A DNA stretch of 45,781 nucleotides from Candidatus Limnocylindrales bacterium. GTDB lineage: Bacteria; Chloroflexota; Limnocylindria; Limnocylindrales; CSP1-4. Positions within the stretch are counted from its first letter, which is position 1; every line of letters begins with the position of its first letter. The notes beneath the pieces were generated by a model. The model was not told the origin of the DNA and searched no databases. It saw nothing but the letters and a program-made list of their open reading frames with translations. Below are positions 36,465-44,340 of the stretch, in pieces. The DNA lies in assembly GCA_035264845.1 (NCBI GenBank), contig DATFPL010000140.1, positions 1 to 45,781 on the forward strand. The letters are read 5' to 3'. The position numbers and the translations under genes are program-made.

Positions 36465-36470
36465 TAGACT
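36465..36470 (+). promoter_or_regulatory. -10-like TAGACT upstream of the pyr leader
   Basis: The predicted TSS (~36477) coincides with the first nucleotide of the PyrR-binding-like element. The sequence context is shared with the ilv promoter -10. Confidence 0.35.
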
Positions 36471-36476
36471 GCCCGC

Positions 36477-36516
36477 GTCCCTTTAACGACCGGCCCGGCG
36501 AGGCCGGAAAGGAGGA
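36477..36516 (+). promoter_or_regulatory. PyrR-binding-loop-like RNA that sequesters a Shine-Dalgarno sequence
   Basis: GUCCCUUUAAC...CCGGCC-CGGCGA-GGCCGG...AAAGGAGGA. Lower stem CCUUU (36480-84) / AAAGG (36508-12). Upper 6-bp stem 36490-95 / 36502-07. It resembles the UCCUUUAA..CCAGAGAGGCUGG..AAGGA PyrR site consensus as I recall it. Confidence 0.6.
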
Positions 36517-36522
36517 GCGCTG

Positions 36523-36570
36523 GTGCCACGTCGCGCGGTCGCGAGCGGCGGCCGGGTGAGCTCGCCGTGA
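36523..36570 (+). CDS. 15-codon leader ORF ([15 protein letters not shown]) translationally coupled to pyrR
   Basis: GTG lies 6 nt after AAAGGAGGA. Its TGA (36568-70) overlaps the pyrR GTG (36567-69), which has no SD of its own. Confidence 0.45.
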   Translation: MPRRAVASGGRVSSP

Positions 36571-37124
36571 GCGGCCGCCAGATCATGACGGCGGACGAGA
36601 TCCGCCGGGCGACGGTGCGGCTGTCCCACGAGATCGTCGAGAAGCAGGCCGGGACGGAGGGTCTTGCGCTCGTCGGGATCCAGCGACGCGGCGTGCCGCT
36701 CGCCCACCGGATCGCGGCCGCGATCGCCGAACACGAGCGAACGGACGTGCCGGTCGGTGCCCTCGACATCACGTTCTACCGCGACGACCTCTCGCTCGTC
36801 GCCCAGCAGCCCGTCGTCAAGGGGACCGACCTCGCGTTCGACCTGAATGGCCTCACGGTCGTGCTCGTCGACGATGTCCTGTACACGGGGCGCACGATCA
36901 GGGCGGCGATGGATGCCCTCGTCGACTTCGGTCGCCCCCAGGCGATCCGTCTCGCGGTCCTCGTCGACCGCGGCCATCGCGAGCTGCCGATCCGCGCCGA
37001 CCATGTCGGCAAGAACGTCCCGACATCGCGCGAGGAGATCGTCCATGTCCACCTCGCCGAAGTCGACGGCGAGGACGGCGTCGACATCGACCGGATCTCG
37101 GCGGCCGTCGGGGCCGCGGGGTGA
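36567..37124 (+). CDS. pyrR: bifunctional pyr operon regulator / uracil phosphoribosyltransferase
   Basis: [35 protein letters not shown] (PRPP motif), [13 protein letters not shown]. Confidence 0.92.
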   Translation: MSGRQIMTADEIRRATVRLSHEIVEKQAGTEGLALVGIQRRGVPLAHRIAAAIAEHERTDVPVGALDITFYRDDLSLVAQQPVVKGTDLAFDLNGLTVVLVDDVLYTGRTIRAAMDALVDFGRPQAIRLAVLVDRGHRELPIRADHVGKNVPTSREEIVHVHLAEVDGEDGVDIDRISAAVGAAG

Positions 37125-38164
37125 CGGTCGTTCGCGACGTCGTGGCCGATCCCCCGATCCCCGCCGTTCCCTCCGTCGACGACGCGCCGGAGACGCAGAA
37201 GATCGGCTGGCCGCACCGTCATCTGCTCGACCTCGACGTCGTCACGTGGCCGGAGATCGAGCTCGTGATGCGGACGGCCGACGCGATGCGCGAGGTGCTG
37301 GCGCGCCCCATCCCGAAGGTCCCGGCGCTGCGCGGCCGGAGCGTGACGATCCTCTTCTACGAGGCATCGACGCGGACGCGGGTGAGCTTCGAGGTCGCCG
37401 CGAAGAACCTGTCGGCCGACGTCGTGAACATCGCCGTCTCCAGCTCGTCGGTGGCGAAAGGCGAGTCGCTCGTCGACTCCGTTCGGACAGTCGAGGCGCT
37501 TGGCGCGGACGTCCTCGTCATCCGCCACTCGGTGTCCGGCGCGCCCGCACTCGCCGCGGAGACATTCGGTGGCTCCGTCGTGAATGCCGGAGACGGCTGG
37601 CACGCGCATCCGACGCAGGCGCTCCTTGATCTCTACACGATGCGGCAGCGGCTCCCCGGGGGTTCCGTCGCCGGGCGGAAGGTCGCGATCCTCGGCGACG
37701 TCCTCCACTCGCGGGTGGCGCGGTCGAACCTCTGGTCGCTGACGGCGGCGGGCGCCGACGTCTGGCTGTGCGGGCCGGCGACGCTGCTACGCGGGTTCGA
37801 GCGGTGGGCATCCGTCGGAGCGGCGGGGCGGCGGTTCCACGTGACGTCGTCCGTCGACGAGGCGGTTCGCGACGCGGACGTCGTGATGGCACTCCGGATC
37901 CAGCGGGAGCGGATGGCGTCGGGGCTGCTTCCGTCGCTGCGCGAGTACGCGGCCCGGTTCGGGCTCACGGCCGAGCGGTTGTCGCTCGCCCGCCCGGACG
38001 CGATCGTGCTGCATCCCGGGCCGATGAACGAGGGCGTCGAGATCTCACCGGACGTCGCGGTCGGCGCCCATTCGGTCATCACCGATCAGGTCGCGAACGG
38101 CGTCGCGATCCGGATGGCGCTGCTCTACCTGATGGCGTCCGCCGGCGCTCGCCGCGCCGGATGA
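37121..38164 (+). CDS. pyrB: aspartate carbamoyltransferase catalytic subunit
   Basis: [33 protein letters not shown]. The GTG overlaps the pyrR stop. ~35-aa N-terminal extension. Confidence 0.92.
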   Translation: MTVVRDVVADPPIPAVPSVDDAPETQKIGWPHRHLLDLDVVTWPEIELVMRTADAMREVLARPIPKVPALRGRSVTILFYEASTRTRVSFEVAAKNLSADVVNIAVSSSSVAKGESLVDSVRTVEALGADVLVIRHSVSGAPALAAETFGGSVVNAGDGWHAHPTQALLDLYTMRQRLPGGSVAGRKVAILGDVLHSRVARSNLWSLTAAGADVWLCGPATLLRGFERWASVGAAGRRFHVTSSVDEAVRDADVVMALRIQRERMASGLLPSLREYAARFGLTAERLSLARPDAIVLHPGPMNEGVEISPDVAVGAHSVITDQVANGVAIRMALLYLMASAGARRAG

Positions 38165-39561
38165 CCCTGGCCGAATCGGCGGTCGGACGCGTCGCCGACC
38201 TCGACATGTCGCGGGCGTGGCTCGTCGATCCGGCGACCGGCCGCGAGGGCGCGGCCGACATCGTCGTTCGCGACGGCGTCGTCGAAGCGGTCACGTGGCT
38301 CGATGGTGAGGACGCCAACGGCGTCGACGAGCGTGGCATCGTCGTCGCGCCCGGGTTCATCGACCTCCACGCCCATTTTCGGGAGCCCGGGTTCGAGGAT
38401 GCGGAGACGATCTCGAGCGGCAGCGCGGCCGCGGCCCACGGCGGGTTCACGACGGTCGCCGTCATGCCGAACACCGAACCCGCGATCGACGACGCGTCGG
38501 TCCTCGGGCGCGTCCACGCGCTCGCCGCGACGTCCGGCTCGCCGGTGCGCGTGGTTGCCTATGGGGCGGTCACCGCACGGAGGCGTGGGGAGCAGCTGGC
38601 CGCTATCGGCGAGCTGGCCGACGCAGGCGTCGTGGGGTTTTCGGACGACGGGTCACCCGTCCGCTCGGCGGCGATCATGCGCAACGCGCTCGCGTACGCC
38701 GGGATGGTCGGCCTGCCGGTCGTCGACCACGCCGAGGATCTCACGCTGACCGAGGGGTCCGAGGCAAACGACGGGCTCGTCGCGACGGTGCTGGGACTCC
38801 GCGGCTGGCCCGCGGCCGCAGAGGAAGCGGCGGTTGGGCGAGACCTCGCGATCCTCGCCGACGTCGTCCGCGACGTGCCCGGAGCGCGGCTCCACCTGAC
38901 GCATCTGTCGACGGCCGGCTCGCTGGAGCTCGTGCGCCGCGCGAAAGCGGCCGGGCTCCCCGTGACGTGCGACGTGACTCCCCATCACCTCGCGCTCTCC
39001 GACGAGTGGATCGCCGGCGCGCGACGCTGGGCCTGGGAGTCAGACGGGGACCCATGGCGGCACGACGTCAAAGTGGCGCCGCAGTACTCGACCGCACTCC
39101 GCGTCAACCCGCCGCTCCGATCGAGCGACGACGCGGCCGCGTGCCTCGCCGCAGTCGTCGACGGGACCGCCGACGCGATCGCGACCGATCATGCGCCGCA
39201 TACCGCCGTCGACAAGGACGTCGAGTTCGGCTTCGCGGCCAACGGCATCAGTGGCATCGAGACGGCGCTCGGGCTCGTGCTCGCGGCGGTTGGCGCCGGG
39301 AGGCTGCCGTTGCGCCGCGCGATCGAGGCGCTCACCGTGGGACCCGCGCGCGTCCTGGGGCGGCTCGGCGGCGAGCCCGCGATCCGCGTCGGGGCGCCCG
39401 CCGATCTCGTCGTCTTCGATCGGTCGCAATCCTGGCGGGTGACTCGCGATGGGCTGCTGTCGCGGGGCAAGAACTCGCCATTGCTGGGCCGCGAGCTGAG
39501 CGGCATCGTTCTCCTCACGGTCGCCGGCGGCCGCGTCGCGTACGAAGCGTCGCAGCGGTAA
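38161..39561 (+). CDS. pyrC: dihydroorotase
   Basis: PGFIDLHAHFREPG, TDHAPH. The ATG overlaps the pyrB stop (ATGA). This is the C-terminal part of listed ORF 37768..39561. Confidence 0.9.
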   Translation: MTLAESAVGRVADLDMSRAWLVDPATGREGAADIVVRDGVVEAVTWLDGEDANGVDERGIVVAPGFIDLHAHFREPGFEDAETISSGSAAAAHGGFTTVAVMPNTEPAIDDASVLGRVHALAATSGSPVRVVAYGAVTARRRGEQLAAIGELADAGVVGFSDDGSPVRSAAIMRNALAYAGMVGLPVVDHAEDLTLTEGSEANDGLVATVLGLRGWPAAAEEAAVGRDLAILADVVRDVPGARLHLTHLSTAGSLELVRRAKAAGLPVTCDVTPHHLALSDEWIAGARRWAWESDGDPWRHDVKVAPQYSTALRVNPPLRSSDDAAACLAAVVDGTADAIATDHAPHTAVDKDVEFGFAANGISGIETALGLVLAAVGAGRLPLRRAIEALTVGPARVLGRLGGEPAIRVGAPADLVVFDRSQSWRVTRDGLLSRGKNSPLLGRELSGIVLLTVAGGRVAYEASQR

Positions 39562-39589
39562 CAAGCCGTTCGGGCGCGACTGCGTCGGA

Positions 39590-39595
39590 TACGCT
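39590..39595 (+). promoter_or_regulatory. -10-like TACGCT 6 nt before ATG 39602 (leaderless-type start)
   Basis: TACGCT-cgaccg-ATG, 29 nt after the pyrC stop. Confidence 0.4.
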
Positions 39596-39601
39596 CGACC
39601 G

Positions 39602-40915
39602 ATGCCGGGACGCGCGATGAACAGCGATTACGAGCGATCGTCGTACTGGCGCGCGACGATGCCGGCGCTGCCCGACCGGAGCGGACGCCCGCTTCCGGAC
39701 CGCGCCGACGTCGTCGTCATCGGTGGCGGGTACACCGGCGTCGCGGCCGCGCGACGGCTGGCCGAGAACGGCGCGTCAGTCACGTTGCTCGAGGCAGACG
39801 AGCTCGGGTCCGGGGCGTCCACCCGAAACGGCGGGATCGTCCATCCAGGCTACAAGTACGGGCCGCGGACGCTCGCCAAGCGGTACGGCCACGACCTGGG
39901 ACGCGCGCTGTTCGCCGAGACGCTCGACGCGTACCGGTTCGTCCGCGACACGATCGCGGCGGAGCGGATCGACTGCGACTTCCGCGAGTGCGGCTACGTC
40001 GAGCTCGCCTACGCGCCGTCCCACGTCGACGACCTCCGCGACGCGCACGAAGGGCTCGCGTGGGCCGGCGTCGAGTCGACGATCGTCTCGCGCGACGAGC
40101 TCGGCGCCGAGGTCGGGACAACGGCGTACCACGGCGCGCTCGTCGTCCCGGTCGGCGCGACGGTGCATCCCGCGAAGTGGTTCGCCGGCCTCGCCTCCCT
40201 CGCCACCGCCGCGGGCGTGGACCTCCACGAGGGCGTGCGCGCGAGGCGCGTCCGCCGAGAGGAAAAGCGGTTCATCGTCGACACCGAGCGCGGGTCGGTC
40301 GAGGCCGGAGACGTCCTCGTCGCGACGAACGGCTACACGGACGGCGTCGTTCCTGCGCTCCGCCGCCGCGTCATTCCGGTCAAGAGCTACATCATCGCCA
40401 CGGAGCCGCTGCCGCGCGATGTGGTCGCGGAGCTGTCGCCGCGCCGGCGGGCGTTCTTCGACACGAAGAACTTCCTCTACTACTGGCACGTGACGGCGGA
40501 CGGCCGGATGGTCTTCGGCGGGCGGGCAAGCATGATGCCGACGACGCTCGACCAGACTGCCGCGATCCTCCACCGCGGACTCCTCGCGGTCCACCCGCAG
40601 CTCGCCGGCCATCGGATCGAGTACGCGTGGGGCGGCAACGTCGGGTTCACGTTCGATCGGATGCCGCACGTCGGGCGGATCGACGGCGTGACGTACGCGA
40701 TGGGCTACTGCGGGACTGGCGTCGCGATGTCCGCGTACCTCGGAACGCGGGTCGCGGACTGGATTGGTGGCGCCGAACCGCCCGCGCTCCAGCGCCTTCG
40801 GTTCCCGATCGTTCCCGCGCCGTACGAGGGGCGGCCGTGGTTCCTCCCCGTGGTCGGCGAGTACTACCGATTGCGGGACCGGCTGGCCGCCCGATCGCGC
40901 CCGAAAGACGGCTAG
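39602..40915 (+). CDS. FAD-dependent oxidoreductase (DAO family)
   Basis: DVVVIGGGYTGVAAARRLAENGASVTLLE (Rossmann GxGxxG) and ASTRNGG. Confidence 0.8.
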   Translation: MPGRAMNSDYERSSYWRATMPALPDRSGRPLPDRADVVVIGGGYTGVAAARRLAENGASVTLLEADELGSGASTRNGGIVHPGYKYGPRTLAKRYGHDLGRALFAETLDAYRFVRDTIAAERIDCDFRECGYVELAYAPSHVDDLRDAHEGLAWAGVESTIVSRDELGAEVGTTAYHGALVVPVGATVHPAKWFAGLASLATAAGVDLHEGVRARRVRREEKRFIVDTERGSVEAGDVLVATNGYTDGVVPALRRRVIPVKSYIIATEPLPRDVVAELSPRRRAFFDTKNFLYYWHVTADGRMVFGGRASMMPTTLDQTAAILHRGLLAVHPQLAGHRIEYAWGGNVGFTFDRMPHVGRIDGVTYAMGYCGTGVAMSAYLGTRVADWIGGAEPPALQRLRFPIVPAPYEGRPWFLPVVGEYYRLRDRLAARSRPKDG

Positions 40916-42501
40916 CGCGCGGCGAGGTCGCGAAGCGTGGCGAGGAGTCGATCGACGTCAGCCTCGGTCGACATGTAGTTGAGGATCCCGGCGCGCAGCC
41001 ACGTCGCGCCCCGGAGCCGCGTCGTCGACAGCCACCCTTCGCCGGAACGCTCCAGGGCCTCCTGGAGGCGATCCTGGTGCTCGTCGAGCGCGGCCGTGTT
41101 GCCGCGCAGCACCGCGGGGACGTGGCGGAAGCAGACGACCGACAGCTCCGGCTCCGCCGGGATCGCCTCGAAGTCGTCGCTCTTCGCGCATTGCCGCGCG
41201 AGGTACGCGGCAAGGTCGTCGTTCATCTCGACCAGGCGGCCCAGGCCGTCCGTCCCGAGATGGCGCCACGACAGCCACAGCTTCAGCGCGCGCCAGCGGC
41301 GCGTCCCCTCGAAGCCGAGCTTGTAGAAGTTGAGCTGCCCGGGCTCCGCGTCGTGACCGTCCGGGTCCGCGAATCCCTCCGCCGAAACGGGACTGCCGCC
41401 GCGGTAGTACTCGGGGCTTCGGTCGAACGTGGCGGCGAGCTCGTCGCCGCGCTTCACGACGAGCGCTCCGATGTCGTACGACTGGAAGAACCACTTGTGG
41501 GGATCGACCGTCACCGAGTCGGCGCGGTCGAGCGCCGGAACGCGCCACGCGTCGCGCTTCGACAGCCGCGCCGCGCCGCCGTACGCCGCGTCGACGTGGA
41601 GCCACAGACCCTCGCGCGCTGCCACGTCCGCGAGCTCTTCGACGAGGTCGACCGATCCTGTGTTGGTCGAGCCCGCGACGGCGGCGATCGCGACCGGTCG
41701 GAGTCCCGCCGCGCGGTCGCGCGCGATCGCCTCCGCGACCGGCGCGCCATGGAGCCTGAACCGGTCATCCGCGGCCACGACGACGAGCGTCTCGGGCGGG
41801 AAGCCCAGCTCGTCGAGCGCCCGCGCGATCGAGAAGTGCGTCTGGTCGGACGCATAGACACGGACGCCGTCGAGCGCGGCGCCGCGCGGCGGTCGCGACG
41901 CCCGGAGGAGCCGCCGCAGATGCACGTCGCGGACGAGCGCCATCGCGATGAAGTTCGCCATCACGCCACCGGACGTGAGCAGCCCGAAGCTGCCGCCGTC
42001 GTAGCCGACGACGTCGCACAGCCACCGCACGACCTCCTCCTCGACGAACGCGGCGACGGGTCCCGCGTGCCAGACGTCGACGCCCTGGTGGGCGACCTGC
42101 GCCAGCAGCTCGCCGAGGATCGACATGACGAGCGGTGGCGGCGTGAAGTAGGTGAACGCCCGGGGGTGCCAGGCGTTGAGCTGGTGAGGCGCGATCCGCG
42201 TCCGGAACTCCTCGAGGAGGTCGGACGAGGCGGTCGGTCGCGCCGGCGCGGCCGCGGGGCGGCCCGTCGGGCCGAAGAACTCGCGACGGAGCTCCGCATA
42301 TCCCGCGGGCGCGCCCGTCGCGCGCCGCAGCGCCTCGTCGTAGAGGTAGTCGAGCGCCGTGGACCACGCGGCTCGGCCCGCGGCATCGAGCGCTTCGCGC
42401 CCGCCCGGCGCGGCGACGTCGATGAGCTCCGGTTCGGGGTGCCAGTCGAAGCGGTTGCGCTCGGCCTTCGGCGCGTCCGCCATCAGGTCGTCGGTTGCCA
42501 T
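40912..42501 (-). CDS. group II pyridoxal-phosphate-dependent decarboxylase
   Basis: LLTSGGVMANFIAM, HVDAAYGG, and SVTVDPHKWFFQ (PLP-Lys). ATG 42501 was chosen because TACCAT lies 7 nt upstream on the minus strand. The listed ORF extends to TTG 42603. Confidence 0.8.
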   Translation of the reverse strand: MATDDLMADAPKAERNRFDWHPEPELIDVAAPGGREALDAAGRAAWSTALDYLYDEALRRATGAPAGYAELRREFFGPTGRPAAAPARPTASSDLLEEFRTRIAPHQLNAWHPRAFTYFTPPPLVMSILGELLAQVAHQGVDVWHAGPVAAFVEEEVVRWLCDVVGYDGGSFGLLTSGGVMANFIAMALVRDVHLRRLLRASRPPRGAALDGVRVYASDQTHFSIARALDELGFPPETLVVVAADDRFRLHGAPVAEAIARDRAAGLRPVAIAAVAGSTNTGSVDLVEELADVAAREGLWLHVDAAYGGAARLSKRDAWRVPALDRADSVTVDPHKWFFQSYDIGALVVKRGDELAATFDRSPEYYRGGSPVSAEGFADPDGHDAEPGQLNFYKLGFEGTRRWRALKLWLSWRHLGTDGLGRLVEMNDDLAAYLARQCAKSDDFEAIPAEPELSVVCFRHVPAVLRGNTAALDEHQDRLQEALERSGEGWLSTTRLRGATWLRAGILNYMSTEADVDRLLATLRDLAAR

Positions 42502-42508
42502 CGCCGCG

Positions 42509-42514
42509 ATGGTA
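42509..42514 (-). promoter_or_regulatory. -10-like TACCAT (minus strand) 7 nt before ATG 42501
   Basis: On the minus strand: TACCAT-cgcggcg-ATG. Confidence 0.4.
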
Positions 42515-42547
42515 CGGGCGCCGGGGGCGTTCCCGCCGGTGAGCCCG

Positions 42548-42553
42548 TACAGT
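42548..42553 (+). promoter_or_regulatory. -10-like TACAGT 6 nt before GTG 42560
   Basis: TACAGT-tcggcc-GTG, divergent from the decarboxylase promoter. Confidence 0.4.
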
Positions 42554-42559
42554 TCGGCC

Positions 42560-42955
42560 GTGACCGACCGGGCTCCCGCCACGCCGCCGACGCGGGACGT
42601 CAACTACAAGGGCGAACCGCTCGACAGCGAACGAGGGCCGGGACTGGGGTGCTTCCGGTTCCAGCTCGCAGTGCTGGCGGTCCTCGTCGTCCTGACGCCG
42701 CTCAGCGTCGCGTGGGGCTGGCCGATCTGGGTGAGCACCGCGCTCCTCGTCGCGGTCATCGTGCTGCTGCTGTTCGCGGGCCAGACGATCATCTTCCTGC
42801 TCCGCCTCGTCGCCGCGGACAGGCGTGCCGCGGGCCGGCGGAGGCCGCTCGCGGGTCGAACGCCGACGGTGGGCGAGCTCGAGGACACCGGGCACGAACT
42901 GCAGCGGGACAGCCCGGCGGATGCGCCGTCCGACGAAGGGCCCGTGCGACAATAG
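42560..42955 (+). CDS. small membrane protein (2 TM helices, charged C-terminal tail), 131 aa
   Basis: FQLAVLAVLVVLTPLSVAWGWPIWVSTALLVAVIVLLLFAGQTIIFLLRLV. In 42604-42670 GC1/GC2/GC3 are about 73/50/78% in this frame. The start could also be GTG 42671. Confidence 0.5.
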   Translation: MTDRAPATPPTRDVNYKGEPLDSERGPGLGCFRFQLAVLAVLVVLTPLSVAWGWPIWVSTALLVAVIVLLLFAGQTIIFLLRLVAADRRAAGRRRPLAGRTPTVGELEDTGHELQRDSPADAPSDEGPVRQ

Positions 42956-43006
42956 GCCGCCCCGGCTCGCCCCGCCGGAACCCGTTGCAGTGAGGACAGC
43001 CTCGCC

Positions 43007-43333
43007 GTGCCCGTGCTCGCGACCTACTTCTCCGTCCGACGCGGCCGCGATCCCTTCTTCAAGTTCTTCATGAAGACGATCTTTCCCCGCCAGGTCCGCG
43101 AATACGAGCAGAAGTTCGGGATCCGCTTCATCGGCTGGTATAACGTCGCGCACGGGTGGGACTTCGACAACGTCATCCTGCTCGACCTGCCCGATTACGC
43201 GACACTGGACAAGCTCGAAGCCGACGAGGCGACTCGCGCCCTGGGGCACCGCGCCGGCGAATGGATCTTCGAGCGCCACCACTCGATGTTCCTCCGCGAG
43301 CGGATGGGCCCCGACCTCGAATACCACCGCTGA
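43007..43333 (+). CDS. small cytoplasmic protein, GYD-domain-like (tentative)
   Basis: FGIRFIGWYNVAHGWDFDNVILLDLPDYATL resembles the GYD motif region (..FYYAFGEYDVVLIADLPD..) as I recall it. GAGGA lies 10 nt upstream of the GTG. Confidence 0.5.
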   Translation: MPVLATYFSVRRGRDPFFKFFMKTIFPRQVREYEQKFGIRFIGWYNVAHGWDFDNVILLDLPDYATLDKLEADEATRALGHRAGEWIFERHHSMFLRERMGPDLEYHR

Positions 43334-43392
43334 CCCGCGGCGAACGGACACCGCAACGACGACGAGCGCGACCACCGAACGGAGGCGACGCG

Positions 43393-44340
43393 ATGGACAC
43401 CGGCCGCAACGACCAGCTCGGCGAGCTCGCGGCCGACGCCGCCCTCGAGCGAAGCGACTTCCTCGTGCAGGCGACCGAACAGCTGCGCCGCTTCCTCGAT
43501 GCGAACCGCGACCGCGTCGCGGAGCTCGGCGGCCTGACGCTCATCGACGAGGATCCCGACTACCTGTCGATCGCGCCGGACCTCACGTTCCGCAGCCGGA
43601 CGCGCGAATTCGACAACACGACGGGACAGTGGACGAGCGAGACGGAGGTCATCGAAAGCGCCGCGGAGCTCGTCGAGCTGTACAACCCCGCGGACATCTA
43701 CGCCGCGTTCGCGGAGGCCGCTCGCGAGGCTGCGGGACTGCAACCCGAGCCGACCGCCACGGACGACCTCATGGACACGGCGATGGTCGCGCCCGAAGAG
43801 AGCTTTCCCGTCGGCGACGACCCGTACGCCGCCGCAGCGGACGAGTGGGCCGCGGGACGTCCTACGGCGGTCGAGGCGGACGACGATGAATCCGCCGCGC
43901 GCGGGCTGTATGACCTCGCGCTCGAGTACCAGGAGCGGAGCCAGCGGAGCGAGGCGCAACTGCTCGACCAGTTCGAGGCGGCGTCCGCTAACCTCACGTC
44001 GCGCCTCGGCGATCTCATCGTCGTCGACGACGACGATGAGCGGCTGACACTCACGGCGAGCGGTGGGTTCCGCGCCGAGGTCATTCCCGAGGAAGCCGAA
44101 GGCGAGTGGCGGACGCTCGAGACGCCCGAGGAGCTCGTCGAGTTCTACGACCCGACGGACGTCTTCGGCGACCTCGCCGACGCGCTCGCCGAGGCGTGGC
44201 CGTCGATCGCCGCCGACGGTGCCGTTGCCGGCGGCGCTGCCGTCGAGGGCGCCGCCGATGCCGAAGCGGATGACGACGATGACGACGACGCGGACGACGA
44301 GCCGTCGCGGAACGGCAGCGGGAGACCGGCCCCCGAGTGA
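43393..44340 (+). CDS. highly acidic, internally duplicated protein of unknown function, poly-Asp C-terminus
   Basis: GGAGG precedes the ATG. Two homologous halves: LTLIDEDPDYLSIAP..GQWTSETEVIESAAELVELYNPADIYAAFAEAA and LIVVDDDDERLTLTA..GEWRTLETPEELVEFYDPTDVFGDLADALAEA. The tail is ADAEADDDDDDDADDE. Confidence 0.7.
   Translation: MDTGRNDQLGELAADAALERSDFLVQATEQLRRFLDANRDRVAELGGLTLIDEDPDYLSIAPDLTFRSRTREFDNTTGQWTSETEVIESAAELVELYNPADIYAAFAEAAREAAGLQPEPTATDDLMDTAMVAPEESFPVGDDPYAAAADEWAAGRPTAVEADDDESAARGLYDLALEYQERSQRSEAQLLDQFEAASANLTSRLGDLIVVDDDDERLTLTASGGFRAEVIPEEAEGEWRTLETPEELVEFYDPTDVFGDLADALAEAWPSIAADGAVAGGAAVEGAADAEADDDDDDDADDEPSRNGSGRPAPE

Noticed and set aside
42502-42603. TTG 42603 as the start of the PLP decarboxylase (the longest ORF).
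   Set aside because: ATG 42501 has the recurrent TAnnnT-7-nt leaderless context. The extension (MTSRVGGVAGARSVTAELYGLTGGNAPGARTIAA) is low-complexity. This is not excluded, because third-position GC is high across the segment.
42956-43006. A second PyrR-binding site upstream of the 43007 gene (CAGUGAGGAC resembles CAGAGAGGC).
   Set aside because: The match is only 7 of 9, with no flanking UCCUUU/AAGGA lower stem or convincing hairpin. The GAGGA is more simply the SD of the 43007 gene.
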